A stretch of 64,000 bases of DNA from Octopus vulgaris (taxonomy: Eukaryota). The notes below the pieces were generated by a model. That model ran no database searches, had not been told where the DNA came from, and saw only the letters and a program-made list of their open reading frames with translations. Positions within the stretch are counted from its first letter, which is position 1; each line of letters opens with the position of its first letter. Of the stretch, positions 15,250-30,129 are shown piece by piece. A program made the position numbers and the translations under genes. Location: NCBI GenBank assembly GCA_951406725.2, contig OX597830.1:67456001-67520000 (forward strand), written 5' to 3'.

Positions 15250-15650
15250 CTCTCTTTACGCTTTTACTTGTTTCAGTCATTTGACTGCGGCCATGCTGGA
15301 GCACCACCTTTAATTGAGCAACTCGACCCCGGGACTTATTCTTTTGTAAGCCCTGTACTTATTCTATCGGTCTCTTTTGCCGAACCGCTAAGTAACGGGG
15401 ACATAAACACACCAGCATCAGTTGTCAAGCAATGCTAGGGGGACAAACACAACACACAAACACACACACGCATATATATATATATACATATATACGACGG
15501 GCTTCTTTCAGTTTCCGTCTACCAAATCCACTCACAAGGCTTTGGTCGGCCCAAGGCTATAGTAGAAGACACTTGCCCAAGGTGCCACGCAGTGGGACTG
15601 AACCCAGAATCATGTGGTTGGTAAACAAGCTACTTACCACACAGCCACAA
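15250..15650 (-). mobile_element. SINE (same family as 57815-58175)
   Basis: Near-identical to 57815-58175; tRNA-like head on the minus strand and internal (CA)(TA) tract. Confidence 0.85.
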
Positions 15651-15698
15651 GAACATTTTAATATCAACAGACTATTTCATGTAAAATCTATATTACAG

Positions 15699-15793
15699 CG
15701 AAGAACAACATAGAAAATATGAGGCTCGGATTGGAATGGAACAAACCTGATGTTCTAAAACGTCTAATATTTAAAGGAGAAGCTCACTGGGAA
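15699..15793 (+). CDS. TRPM: TRPM-like exon, module 1 end: (A)KNNIENMRLGLEWNKPDVLKRLIFKGEAHWE
   Basis: ttacag| acceptor, gaa|gtaaga donor; matches the TRPM MHR3 motif QLxLALAWNRxDIARxxIF...W; phase 1 to 0. Confidence 0.88.
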
Positions 15794-16154
15794 GTAAGAT
15801 AATATCTTTTTTTATCACTTCATGTTGTGAACAATTAATAAATTTTAAATTTTTTTTCTTCTTGAGTGGATGAAGAGTAAAATGTTTTAAATAAAAATGT
15901 ATTTTAAATATCGTTTTAATAATTTGAATGCTTGTAAAATAATTATTGCTTGTTTGTTAAATTTTTTCACTGGAGATAGTCGAAGGATCACTTTAGGCAG
16001 GAATAGCAAGTGGGAAATTTATGCACCTTGTGTATGTGTGTGTGCATACTTATTTGTCAGTATGTGTAAGATGCTGCTGTGTACATCCGTGTGCATTTAT
16101 CTCTGTCTGTCTGTCTGTCTCTCCCTATATATGTGTGTATATTTATATATATAT

Positions 16155-16310
16155 ATATACCGGAGTAAACACATAAATGTGAAACAAGGTGGAAAAAAGA
16201 GTACTCAAATACCAGTGGTAGAGTAATATGCTTTATTTAAAGCAGCAGAAAATTCAACATAACCTGTTACTCTGAGTTTCCCGTTGCCGTTCATCGGACA
16301 GTTTTTGCTA

Positions 16311-16312
<2 letters not shown>
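16155..16312 (-). mobile_element. Short Penelope-like element with minimal hammerhead variant, flanked by (TA)n
   Basis: Minus strand ctgt-ccgatga-acggcaacgg-gaaactcagagta-acag (16264-16301); core has C instead of U at position 4. Confidence 0.45.
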
Positions 16313-16349
<37 letters not shown>

Positions 16350-17865
16350 CATACACACAATTATGTATCATCATTTAACTGCCATCTTCCTTGCTAACGT
16401 AGGTTGGACAATCCAGTAGGATTCAAACATCTGGAGGACTGCGTTGAGCTCCAATGTCTACTTTAGCATGGTTTCTATTTAGTGGGGGAAAAAGAGGAAA
16501 ATAATCAGAATATAATATGAAAGTTGGATGGTACTGACTTCATAAACAAAGGAAGAAAGTCTTTGAAGAATGTAGTTATAGTTGGACGTTCCTTAGCCTC
16601 TTACATTGGAAGATAAACATCCAGTGAACTGAGACACTGACCTGGTTTCAATTCCCAGTTTCAATTCCTTGTTTCAATTTCTGCTTGAAGGGAATTAAGA
16701 AGTTATCATAAATTTGTATTTCTCTTCCTATAAAATTGTTGTCACGTGCTTCATATAAAACAATGAATATGATAAATATTAAATATCATCATTATCAGTT
16801 AGACATCTGTCCTTCTGTGCTGACTCATTGTTGCATAGGTCTATTCTATTGTATATCACAATTCCTGTTGATCCTCCATAATTTTATTTGTTAAACCCTG
16901 CATTCTCATGTCACAGTTGACCATTTCTTCCAGTGACTCATCATTAATATTACCCTTCTCTGTATACCTCCATTATCTCAGTCAGATCTGTCAACGTATA
17001 AAATGCATCAAAGACAGAGCAAGGTTAACATTCGATGACTTTGTTGGCTTTGACAGTGCCATTTTTCCTTTAAGTTCTATTCTATCATAAACGTATCGTA
17101 TGGAATGAAAATTATGTTCTTGTAGAGATGAATAATCAGAAACCTTACGGAATATTTGTTCCATTTCCAAAACTTAGCACTTGGAAATGTAGAATGTTTA
17201 GTGAATTCAAGTTAAAAAGTTACCCAGGTTGGAAGTGCAATATGCTTTCAAGGGGGCGGGGGGGACTACAAAATATTAAATAAACAGAACTATTTAACTG
17301 TTCTTTGTATTCATTTTCCCATTCATTTTAGTCATTTTTTAAAGATATATTAGAGCTATTCTCTTGTGTCTGGGGAGAGTCATTCTCTTTTAGTGCCTTA
17401 TAATCTGAAAACTCACCGGTAAAATTTTCACTCATTTCCTTCTTTATTTTTCTAAAATTTTCACTGCGTCCTGCAACCTTTTCAATAGTTTATAATTATA
17501 TCTTTGTAAGTCTGACATGGCTTATAAGTTTTACACAAATGATTAAACTGGTTAAGCAAAATTCTGTTATCATGATGTGGCACTGTTTCTATCCAGAAAA
17601 TTTCATTCATTACAGTCCAATGTCAAAACCAGTGTACCATGCAAAAAATTGTAAATAAGACAAACTGAAATCATGTGTATCTGTATTAATAGTGATGAGA
17701 TTATCTCCACCTGATAATCTTGGCTTTACTCGTGTCTTGTACTGTTTATATGTCTTCTCTATAATTTGTTGTAAATTTTGAGATTCTCTGTTATAGAATT
17801 AATGTCAGATGTTGGAACTCCATCATTCCTTCAAACATTCAAATTAAAATTTTTTTTATTTTCAG

Positions 17866-17903
17866 GATGTAAAGAAATGGATTCAGGAAAACATAAAATT
17901 GAG
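17866..17903 (+). CDS. TRPM: TRPM-like exon, module 2 start: DVKKWIQENIKL(R)
   Basis: Strong polypyrimidine ttttatttttcag| acceptor, ag|gtaatt donor; resembles TRPM2 N-terminal SWIPENIKK; phase 0 to 2. Confidence 0.8.
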
Positions 17904-18459
17904 GTAATTCAAGCAATAAGCTCATAATTCTGATAAAATATAAGTACATGTGTAGAAGGATTTCAGTTATACTACATAGTGAGTTGAAAAACTTTGGTCA
18001 ACCGAGATTATCCAAGTAGCTAGTTGACAAAAACTTCTGGGGATGTCAGTAACCCCAAAACAACAAGCAATGAAGATAACTTAAAATTAATTGATTGTTG
18101 ATTTATACATAAGTCTTTTCACATAATATATTGCAAATATACTAAGTTGCTACACTTCAAAAACTCTTACACTATTAGATCACTGGTGTTATTTATCAAT
18201 AGCGGAAAAAAAGTCAACAGAAGGCTCAAAAAAAATTTCGTTGGCAAAATAAGAATTCATCATTTCTGTATACAGCTTCTTTTAAGACAGCTCTAGTATT
18301 AATAATTTTAACAATCAGACTCATTTCTTTTATTGGTGAAAGAAGTTAGAGTTTATGATATCGATTTCTTTCTCTGTTTTGTAAGGATCAGATTGCTGTA
18401 AATCAACTCAGTGGGAAATCCATAGTGTCTGCTAATGATACTTCAAATTATACTCATGC

Positions 18460-18500
<41 letters not shown>

Positions 18501-18719
18501 AGAGAGAGGGATACAGAAAGAGAGAGAGACACACACACACACAAAGAGAGAGAGATTTACTCATTTTGGAATTCTACTTTCTGGCAAGAGACTTCACCAA
18601 AGTTTGTGTTGAACGTAAAATGACTTCATCATGGATGGTGAATGATAGCCATCTCATCATACATTTATTGTTATATTCACTATATTTATATTTTCATATT
18701 TAGTATTAAATATGAGTTA

Positions 18720-18932
18720 AGGCGGCGAGCTGGCAGAAACATTACCATGCTGGGTGAAATGCTTAGCAGTATTTCGTCTGTTTTTACGTTCTGAGTTCAA
18801 ATTCCACCAAGGTCGACTTTGCCTTTCATCCTTTCAGGGTCGATTAATTAAGTACCAGTTGCGTACTAGGGTCGTTCTAATCGACTGTCCCCCTACCAAA
18901 AATTTTGGGCCCTGTGCCTAGAGTAGAAAAGG
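18720..18932 (+). mobile_element. SINE
   Basis: aaggcggcgagctggcagaa...gagttcaaattcc (B-box-like); family also at 12250. Confidence 0.8.
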
Positions 18933-21659
18933 ATATTAAATATGAGTAAGTCTCAAAGGTTACATCAAATACATACTCTTTGGAGGTTTGGGATGAAGTT
19001 CAAAATGTCGTTTTATTGTTATTTAATAATTCAATAGATTCCAGTTTCCTCTGCTTCCAAAGATACTGAGGGGTAAGCAGGAATTAATGCATGAAATACA
19101 ATATACGGGAAAATGAGATCTTTGTGTTTCTCAGCAAAAGGAATTCAAAGAAGCAAAAATATGAGAAATATAAAACAAAGTCAGTATATTAAGCCATGCG
19201 GAAATGGAAAACAACAGGGGGGGGGGGGGAGAGAAAATTAAGGGAAGGAGATGAGGATTGTCTATGTCTTATTATAGATGGTCATCATGATATTGGATAC
19301 AAGAAGTGTTAGTAGGTATGGGATTTCTAGCAGAGGAGAGTGGAGATGGGTGGTTGTTGTTCATGTGGAACTCAGGTGAAAAAGAAATAAGGAAAGAGTA
19401 AATAGCAACAGGTGTGTGTGGAGAGATGTGTGCCACTATACAATATATATATGTGTGAGAGGGTAAGTATAAGATTCAAGCAGTGTGAATATGTATGTGT
19501 ACTTGTATGTGGTGGATGGAATATGAGGGAAGGAGTTGGATAAAAAAAGAAATAATCTTTAATTCCAGTGGGAGATAATACTTATAAAGGGACAGTTAAG
19601 CAAAGTTAAAAAGTGAAAGGAAAAATTTAGGGGAAAATTTACCTTTAGGGGTTGATTCTGGAAAATTCACCTTTAGGGGTTAATTATGGCTGTGGATTGA
19701 TGCCTTTAAAAAGAAAATCAATCATTGTTCACTGAGACTTTTATTGGATGAATTGGGATATCGGAGAAATCTGTAAACGCCAACAGCATGTTGACCAACT
19801 CCGTACACAGGTGTGTGTGTGCATGAAAGTGTGTGCGTGCACATATGTGTATGCATGTGTAAATATTCACTGATGAATACATCCATTAATTTTAATGTTG
19901 TACTTGTTTGTCAAATGACTTGATCTGAAGTTGAATGTTGAATCTAAAACAATTGCGTCATGGGAAAGTCATAATAGCCATCACATCATGTATACACTAT
20001 TGATAGAGATGTGAGAGAAATTATCTACTAACTCTTATCTGGATGGAAAAGAGTTTCTAATTTAAGCACAAGACCAGCAATTTTTAGGGGAATGGTTAAA
20101 TTAATACCATGAGCACCAGCACTTGACTACTACTTTATTTTATCAAACTCCAAGAGGACAAAAGACAAAGATGGCCTCATCAAAAATTGAACTCAGAATG
20201 TTAAGTATCAAAAGTAATATGTTTTAACAATTCTGCCAGCTCATAACTGTACTGCCATTGTTTTTTAAATTTTGAGGAAATTTTAAATAATTGATAATAT
20301 TTAAGAAAAAAATTCTTTCGCTCAGTGTCTGATACTAATTTGATGTGACCTTTGCATTTGCAGGCAATAGTCACTGACATGTTTTGGTACTTTATTTTAA
20401 TGACACCCCAACTCCAGAAAGACAAAATGAAAGGTTGAGCAATGTAAAACTTGAACTCAATATAAATACTTGAAGCTAATACCACATGGTATTTTTTCTG
20501 ACTCGCTAATGATCTTGTTGTTTACATATTTTAGTCTAATTAGATTACCTCAGCAAAGCATAGCCTTCATCGGAGCTTGTCTTTTTCTTACTCACCACAT
20601 AATTATTATTAATTAAGAACAGTTTTTATCAATTACTATGTTGGCTAATGCTGAGAATACATATATTTTGCCAATCCAGGTAATATCAGGTAGTTACATA
20701 ACTATAATAATTATAATTATATATTTTCAAATTTCATAGAAAATGAATGCTAATTTTCAAAATAAAAATATTTTTGTATATTAAAACATAAATTTTAATA
20801 GATTTTTCTGATTTGTTTATTTGTAATGAATATATACTATCAATAATGATAATACTGTTTATATATTGAGGAACTACATTAGAAATAATATCTGATACGG
20901 TTTACTGTGACAAATACACATACCCAATATTACCTTTCATATGAATTTAGTTGTACAGTAAGCAAGGGGGATAAATCCAATAAGATCAACATTATCTTAC
21001 CATGGGCAAGAGGGGAACAAATAGAGAGAGAGAGAGAGAGAGAGAGAGATAAAAGGAGACACTACCGGACATCTCATGCAGTTTCTTTTCACACCTACTT
21101 AATTCAATTTTTATATTGTTAGTGTGGGGACCTAGTCTAATGGACACAAGAGATCTGTGTATCAGTGGTACCTGGATAGGGTGGAAAGAGAGCAACCAGT
21201 TCTGTGGGGCAGAGGCTATTGTAGTAGTGGTAAAAAAGGCAAAGAGAGGACACAGCACAACTATAGGTCAGAATTTAGTGTGTATTGGTAAGTGACTTCA
21301 TGCCAGTAAGATGAGTCACCTTTTTTTCTTTCTTGATGTGGTCTTATGAGACCTGTATGTGTAAGGGCAGCATCATCCCAGATGTGGAATCACTATTCTC
21401 CAGTGTGCCTCTTTTTTCTCCATTTACTTCTGATGGCAAAATGTTTCTTTGCTTTTCCTTTTAAGTTTATTTAAAATTAATCATTGTTTTATTCAACTAA
21501 ATTGAAAGATAAGTATCCATTTCTGTGTATAGATTTATATCTCTATATCTGTGAATATTTGTATTTTTCATTGGAGTTGTTCTTCATCTCTTGATTTTGT
21601 CATTTTCCTTTTTCTACCTTCCCCATCAAAAATTTACTCCAATTGTTCATCTTTGATAG

Positions 21660-21744
21660 AAACCTTAGAGACGAAGAGGCATCAAATCCCTGTGATGCAT
21701 TTGGTGAGGTAAAGTTTGTAGAACATGATCAGAAAATTGCAAAG
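21660..21744 (+). CDS. TRPM: TRPM-like exon, module 2: NLRDEEASNPCDAFGEVKFVEHDQKIAK
   Basis: ttgatag| acceptor, aag|gtaatt donor; PTDAFGxIxF motif; phase 2 to 0. Confidence 0.87.
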
Positions 21745-23394
21745 GTAATTGTTTTAATGCTTTTAAATATTTTTATTGATAATACTTGTCTGTAGAAATT
21801 TTATTGAATAATCAGTTCATGATTTCGGCAATGTATTTGTATAGCAGCAATGTTTTAAATGCTTTTTGTGAATGTCTTTACATACCCTTTTCTTTTTTTG
21901 TACAGTTGGTTTTTATATTTCATATTGGTGTGTATGAATTATTAGTAATACACATACACTTAGTGATTCTGAAAAGAAAGAAGCATAAAAGAGCTATCAT
22001 TAAAGGTTATTATATGTGGTGATTGTAGTGAAAAAAAGGTCTTCTCAACATGAACTCAACAGAGGATCTAGTCTTTCTAGTTGACAGCACTGAAGAATAT
22101 AAATGCATGGGAATCTCCATGAAGCGTTAGGAACGATTGCTATAATACTTAAAATATTTGGCTGTATGGGATATGGCTTTGTTACTTCTATAGTGAATCA
22201 GATTATAGATGAAGGTGAGATTCCCAGTGAATGACATTACAACATAACAGCCAACTGTTGCAATGGTAAAACAGATGCTAGAAAAAGATAAATATACAGA
22301 AGTATCAAACTGCTGGACAAGGGTACAAAAGTTATGGAGACAACGAATGATCAAGTTATTAGAAGAAAAGTTAGACTAAATGAGATATAGTTTGGTTTGG
22401 TTGCTTTCTATAGACAAGTATTAAAAATGTCCTGTTTGGGTGAGGTAAGTGCAAGAGAAGTATCTGGCTAAAATTGTGTTCAATGACCTGTAGAAAACCT
22501 TTGACAGAGATCCTTACTCTCTCTGATCTGGTGGTCACAGAGGAAACTGGCAGTTGATAGCCATACAAACCATGTACAAAGGTGCTGTTAGAAATTCCAT
22601 ACAGTGTAATTAGTGCAAATTATAGAAACACAAGTCTTGCAATAGTAGCACAGTGTAAATATTTAATGAAGGTCAAAACAAATATACATGATTAACAATT
22701 TAGTCATTTTTATAAAACCTCGGTATGACTAAACTTTCAATCATGGATATTTCTTATGATCTTCAGCGAAAATTTAGACTTATATTACATTCTGGCTCAG
22801 TGAAACTCATTGGAATTTGTGTGAACATCCGAAAATTTGATCGTTTAAACAAGTTTTTCCGAATTTTGTTTTGTACATATAAACTTACCCAAACCTTTTA
22901 TTATTTATTTATTTTTACCACTGATATGCAAAACGTTGTTGAACCAGCTTGATATTTGAATAAATGTGTTACAAAATTTTGAAACACCCACACAATTTGA
23001 GATTTAGATGCATTTTCAAACCCCAAATAAATTCTGTCATTTATATATATATATACATAACTTTCTCCAGAATATTCTTATTCTAGCAGATCTTGGTCAC
23101 ATAGGTAACAGAAGCTATCAACTACTTCAAGTTTTTTACCCTGGCATGTGATGGAATCTGTTTTCTGTGCATTTTCGTTGTTTATTGCACTTGTGCAACT
23201 TCCACACACAGAAACTATCTTCCCATGTAACTTTCCTTTGATATTGCTGTACCTCTTAAGTGTCTATAGCTTACAACAGGTACATCTTATAGATTTTCTA
23301 CGTACGCCTTTTCTACAGATCAAGCAGGGCCATCTACTCGAAGGGTTTGTGTTTTGTCCGCCTTATATATATATAAATCCTGAAAACACATAAA

Positions 23395-24300
23395 TTCATG
23401 AAATGCAAAAAGCAACACAAATCGCTAAAGTGACTTCTAACAATTGCAAAGCTTTACACAACAACCACGAAACCAATGGTTAAAAATATTTACGCCCAAA
23501 CTGTGCAACATACTCCAATCTACTTGAAGGCTCGAATTTCCTTTCCAAACAAGGAGAGAGGGTCACAATTTAAATCAATTTTACTTATGCCTCTGAGAAT
23601 CTAATTTATGTAATAACCTGCTCGGGTTGTGGACATAACTATATAGAACAGACGAGTATGACATTGAGATGGAGAACCACTCTACATAAAGAACAGATTC
23701 GATTCCCGTAATACAGACAGATTCCTTTAAGGGAACACATAGAGAGATGTGCAGGTAACATCAAACCAGATTTCACAGTTTTCCCTTCTACCAGCGCAAC
23801 AATACAATTTCTATACAAATAAAGAAAATTTATTCAACGAAAAATACAGAACACATCGAAATATGCACGCATAACCAGCTTTGTTCTCTATACATATTTT
23901 GACTCACGATTGCATTCCCATCACTGTACATATTTCTCCCCACTACTCTAGCTTTTGAAATTTTGTGTATATATTTCCCTCCCCCGGCACCGAAAGATGA
24001 ACAGTTATCTTCCCTGTCCAAAATGATAACGATCACCAATTACCTCCCCTTAGAATTTTATACTTGTTGAATCATTCATTCATAAACTACACACACATAG
24101 ATGAAGAAAATTTTCTTAAGAAAATACGTAATTAAAATAATTTTAATGTCATGATTAGCTAAAACGAAACCAGTCGACAAACAACATAAAATATATTTTT
24201 TAAAAACTAAAACTATGTAAAGTGTGTGCATTTTCCTTCTTTAATTTCTTATATATATTACAGCTTACCACGTGGGGATAATTGAAATCCCACCCTTTCT
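23395..24300 (+). mobile_element. Penelope-like element remnant (GIY-YIG endonuclease and 3' region)
   Basis: NLIYVITCSGCGHNYIEQT...LHKEQI...IPLREHIERC with stops. Confidence 0.8.
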
Positions 24301-24514
24301 GTTACTAAGTAAACACACACACACACACACCCAAATATATATATATACACATATATATATATAGGCGCAGGAATTACTGTGTAATAAGTAGCTTGCTTAT
24401 CAACCGCATGGTTCCGGTTTCAGTCCCATTGCGAGGCACCTTGTTCAAGTATCTTCTGCTATGGCCTCGGGCCAAGCAAGGCCTGAAAGGAGCTTTGAAT
24501 GAAGCCTGTCGTAC

Positions 24515-24560
<46 letters not shown>

Positions 24561-25129
24561 TTTTATGAATTATTATAATTTTTCTATTGAGAAAGGAGCC
24601 GGTTTCCAACAAAGATACCAGGCTCCATCTTCGGGATGTAGTTAACACAGACAAATTCAAATTTGGAACTTCAGAAAAGTCTTGCATATTTTTAGTGTTC
24701 CACTCACAGATTGAACTTGTAATCTACGAATCAGCCTGTCAAAATGCTCTTTCAGAAAATCTCAGTTTATCCAGATTCTCTTTGTATTTATGTACGTATG
24801 TTCACACGCATGCATATACTTATGTTTTGTGTCTATGTAATTATTGATTCTTGTATCTACCACTTGGACAATGGTCTATTTTATTGTAATGATGCAATTA
24901 ATTATGTCGATCTTAACTGAATTATAATTATTCTCAACGATATACCTCATTGATATTAGAATTTTATTCTGTTGTGGCAGAACTATTGGAATAAGTATTA
25001 CAAAATAGAACAGAGATTACAGAAAATTTTGTGGAAAATAATTGCATCAAGAAATGGCTAATTCTAAATTTTATATTCATGACTAATTCTAAGGTCTGGC
25101 CATATGGTGCCAGAGTAGCTTATATGTAG

Positions 25130-28032
25130 TTTAGATCCAAGAGAATCTAACCGTTTGATGCTTCGCTCCTGGTATGGCTACTTCATGCAGGAGACAGGAC
25201 TTCTGACTAACAGACTAACTGTGTCCCACAGTGTGTCGGCACATCGCCAAGATAGCAGGACCATCATCCGTCTGAAGAAACCAGACTGTCCAACATCGGA
25301 ACAGACACATGCATGTCTCCGACCAATGAGTAATCAACTTACGCTACAAAAGACGTGCTACTAAATGGAATGTCTTGTTGCTCATTCGTCCAGGAGAAGC
25401 CATTCTGCTATTCCAGGAGTTTCTTCTAGAGAGGCCCCGACGACAGAACAGGTCTATGTGGTGTGGCATTAGTCGTGCCCAAGTACATCTGCAATTACTC
25501 ATAGGATGGAACCCGGTGAATGATCGTTTGCTGTCCACCTGTTTTCATCATTGCCTATACCCCACAGACTTCGCAGAGAAGACAGTCAAGGGCGACTACT
25601 GCAACCAACTCCAAAAGTTTTAGGACCAGTCCCCACCACGATATCACCCCGCGCCCCTGACGGACATCAGTGCTGCCATCTATTCTGCCAGGTTCCCTTC
25701 GACAAACTTATTCCAGACTCAAACTATTGGTAATTGCCTCCTGCTCCAATGCCGCAACAACAATTTCTATATTGCAGACACATTTTCCTCCAGAGGACTT
25801 GATCATCACAGGACTTTGTACAGTCCGGACTGTTAAACACAGAGGGCGATCAACTACATCAACATCTCCGCTGCTAGAGGTCATTTCTCACTAGCTGCCG
25901 GCTCTATAGAGGAGATCAACTCGGATTATCTACTATCGATTGCTGGTGGCGACACTCACGTTGAAGTTGCGAGCTGACTCTGTCTCAAAGTACCAGCAAT
26001 GGCCTGATTCATTTTGTGTCTGTAATCTCAACATTGCCTCAACAGTTGCGTGATTTAACAACAATCACTTCACTTCCGTATCCAAAAATGAGACTACCAA
26101 CTGAGAATTTTCAAATCAAGTGTCAAAAGTTAGAACGTGATGTCCTGGTAAACTCATTATCTCTTCTCAAGCGACCCTTGATCCTACTGTGGAGGTCGTA
26201 CACAAGTAACTGCTGCAGTGAGGCTCACCTATGCAGTAACACAAATGAAAACAACCAGCCCAACTGGATAGGCGACGACTCCATTCAGAAAACTGGGAGA
26301 AGTTCTGGGCGGGAGAAACCGAGCACCTGGATGCAGCAGCAAAGAATAACAAGATCAGTCTGATATTCAATATGATCCACAGAGACTGTACCAGTCTCTA
26401 TTTTAAGACCACCTCAGCGAGGGATACCAATGAAATGTAGTCATCGTGGAAACCACCTGCTTCGAACACTGGAAGGAAAACTTCGGCTTTCTCTGTCACG
26501 TATCTGTCCAAATCGATCCCAGTCTAACCCTCACTGCACACACAGCCCCAACCAACGACACTTGTAGACTCGATCCTGTTAACTCTGATGAAGTCAGTGT
26601 CACTCTGAAGAAGATCGAAAACCTCAAACACCCAGGAATCTGCACTGTGGCCGCGGAGATGTTCAAGCCGGATGGAGAAAACATGACTCAATGACTCAGA
26701 TACATCATCGACCATCTATGGGTATCTGAGCAGCTCCTAAATGACTGAACTCAGAGTATCATCCTCTGCGTCAGAAAGCGGAAGGTAACAAACTCGTCTG
26801 CAGCTACCACGGTGGCACCACCCTCCTTTCCATCCCCAGTAAGTCCTTCATCAGGATCTCTTCTTGTCATTAGAAGCACACACCATTCACAATAAGCCAG
26901 ATTCATACCGTGTTGATCTTCTGCAGACCATACTTTTGCCCTTCGTCTCGTAGTTCAAAGATCTCGGGAGGTCCGCAAAGATCTCCACCTCTACATCGCC
27001 TTAATTGACCTTAAGGTGGCTTTGGACACGGTCGACCATGCATCCTTCTGGAAAATTCTCGAGCTCGACGGTGTGTCTCCCATGATCACTATCCTGTTCT
27101 AGTAGCTCTATAGCAGTACCGAAAGCTGGGTTTAGGTGAACGGGAATGATTCTGACTGGTTCCTCCTCAAGAGCAAGAGACAGGGCTGCGTGGCCGGTCT
27201 CGACCTCATCATCTATGTCATCGATTATTTGGTGAGTGAGTTTCTGGCGTGACCTTCTGAAACTACCATCATACCGACCTGGAGTATGAGAACGACACCA
27301 CCCTATTCAGCAACTCCATTGACGAGCTAAGGGACGCACTGACCATATGCAGAGAATCAGCAAAGCTTGGCTATCAGGTGAGATGGGCGGAGACCATGCT
27401 GATGCATGTAGTTGATAGCTCAGACCCTCTTCTTCCCTATTGACCCTGACGTCATGAAGTTTGTCAACTCCTTCATCTATCTGAGCCCAACAATGGAGAT
27501 CAATCGCAGATGTGGTTTGGTCACTGGGGTCATGTACTCCCTATGGAAGCCCCTTTGACACCATTATTCTATCTTCCTCAAGACGAAATTCTCTATCTAC
27601 AACGCATCGGCCCTCGCCAAAGACCCTGGCAAAGAAGATTGGTGACGTCGATAGCAGAATATTTGAGAACATCAAATGGTACCATCATGTTTCCAACAAA
27701 GAACTGCGTGTGCGCATGCATCAGCCCCCAGCATCCCACCTCACAGCTATCCATCGAATTCACTGATACGAATGTTTCCTCCATCTCCTGCTATATCCTC
27801 CTACCTGGGTTTTACTCCCATTCGATTCTGAAGCTGTAGACTAGGAGAAGCCCCATTATGGCTGGATGTGGTTGGAGCATATGTCCAGAATACTGACGTC
27901 ACCGTGGAGGATGCATTAGGGGCTGCTACGGGACAGCTAGTGATAGAGCACCGGTAGACCTGGTCGGTTCTACGCATGGTGATGTCTCTGTAACCACTTA
28001 CCTGGGAGGATCTCAACCACAACAAGCAAGAG
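25130..28032 (+). mobile_element. Degenerate full-length-like LINE (RTE-related; APE + RT)
   Basis: GC-richer block; IGWNPVNDRLL EN motif, LYIALIDLK.A.DTVDH, RQGCV, DLEYEND remnants, caag tail. Confidence 0.75.
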
Positions 28033-28387
28033 CTTGAAGCAACCAGACATGGCTAAACTCTACGTATGAGAGAAATATTGAAATCTGTTACAATATTCAA
28101 CTTATATAACAAGATAATGAACATATAATAAATGATTATGACAATAACATTATGGCTGATAATCCTTGAAATTGTTGCTTGAATTTTCCTGACTTCCCCT
28201 GTGACAGGACAAACCCACAACATTTAAAATACTTAATGTCAAATAACGCAATTCTCAATATTATGAATACAAATGTTAAATCATCACAATGAAATCTGTT
28301 CACCAAATTCCCCAGTATTTGAATGTATTTTTCGCATTGTATCAAACATTAGGGAACATTAATTAATTTTTTTTTTTTTACATATAG

Positions 28388-28568
28388 TTTGTTCGTGTGG
28401 ATCACCAAACCCCCATGGATATTATAATTAATTTGATAATATATCATTGGAATTTCTCATTGCCAAACTTACTTATTTCTGTGATTGGGGGAAGAGAAGA
28501 CGTCCAGTTGAATGAACCTACTAAAGAAGCTCTTGGGCACAGTTTAGTTAAAGCTGCAAGAACAACAG
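28388..28568 (+). CDS. TRPM: TRPM-like exon, module 2: FVRVDHQTPMDIIINLIIYHWNFSLPNLLISVIGGREDVQLNEPTKEALGHSLVKAARTT
   Basis: Poly-T tract then catatag| acceptor, g|gtaaaa donor; canonical YVRV..W.L..PNLLISVTGG...LVKAA.TT; phase 0 to 1. Confidence 0.95.
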
Positions 28569-28597
28569 GTAAAAAGGTTTTAGCACACTTATTGTGA

Positions 28598-28598
28598 A

Positions 28599-28686
<88 letters not shown>

Positions 28687-28890
28687 TCTAACTGGGCCCC
28701 ACCTGCAAGATCATGCATTGTTTATCTTGATATGAGATCACCATGTCACGCACATACGGTTGTGATGCATGTGCCTGGTGTATCTTATCAGACGAGTAGT
28801 CATGATGGGTATACTGGCTTCGTATATTTTACCTCAGTGTCACTTTGATGGCATGCACTGCTCTCTCACTCAATAATAATAATGATGATG
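28598..28890 (+). repeat. (TAC)n(TAA)n microsatellite followed by a short retroposon 3' end with taa/tga tail
   Basis: Direct reading; ends gcactgctctctcactcaataataataatgatgatg. Confidence 0.6.
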
Positions 28891-30129
28891 ATGAAGCGGC
28901 TGGACGTATTCTTCGCTGCACTGAGCTGTCAGCAGTTGAAGACACAGAAACACTAATACAACCCAGCAGGACAACTGAAAAATAACTCTAAAAGACTGGA
29001 ATATCTAAAGTTTCATGTGAGTATTTTGAATTTCCCTGAAAATAAGTTAAGGGACTTACATATCTAAAGCTTTCGAATACATAAGCAATCAGCTTTAAAA
29101 CCTTTAATATCTATAACTTCTGTGAATACCCACCATTTCTTCCTTTCCTCCTGAGTATTCGAAAATGTAAACATCCTCTTTATTCCAAGAACACTACAGT
29201 TTTCTCTGTTCGGACAGACAAAGATCATCTCCAGTAAATTTTTAAAATTTCAAATCTTCAATTTTCTGTGAAAAAGTTTTACCTTCCTTTTCTTTCCGTT
29301 CCTTTTTCCCTGAATATTCAAAAATGTAACCATACTATTAATGAAGAAAAAAAAACACTACAGTTTTCTCTGAACGGACATACAAACGAACACTTCAGAA
29401 AATTTAGAAACGTTAATATCTCCAGTTTTGTGTGAACATTTTGTCTTTCCATCTTCCCTGACTAACAGAATATGTAAACATGCCTTTTATTGTAACAACA
29501 CAATTAAATGCAAGATAAAAAATTAAGTAAGTAAGCACCTGCCAATATATACATACTGCACAACTACAAAAACTGTAAACCACAGCAAAACGTTTTAAAA
29601 GAAAAGAAAAATTCCAAAAGAAAAAGAAAAATAAATTCGGAAATTCAAAAACCCAACAAGGTGAACATCTCTTCCTCCTACTATTCCCAAAGACTGGAAC
29701 ATCTACAATTTCCTGTGAATATTTTATAAAATAAGCTAGGAAACTTACATACCTACCGCTTTCGAACACACGAATGATCAGCTTTAAGAAAAGACTTTAA
29801 TATCTACAACTACTGTGTGAATACCTATCCTCCACACCATCTGTCGAATCTATTTATACACCTGTAGAATATGATCTATTCACTAAAATGCTACCCAACT
29901 ATTTCCTCCAACAATGATATATTTATGATTATATTAAGTACAAGACGAATGTTGAAAATAAAGAACGTTTAGTAAAATCTTTTAATAATAAATGGAAATA
30001 GTAATAATGAGAATAACAATGGTAGTGGTGGTGATGTTGATAATGATAAAAATAAAAATTATAATAATATGCTGCAGCTGCTAATACTAAATACTACTAA
30101 CACTACAATGATACTACAACTACTACTAT

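Noticed and set aside
18380-18465. Possible missing MHR1 exon after a polypyrimidine tract
   Set aside because: Stop codon in the required phase from both AGs, no TRPM motif and no donor.
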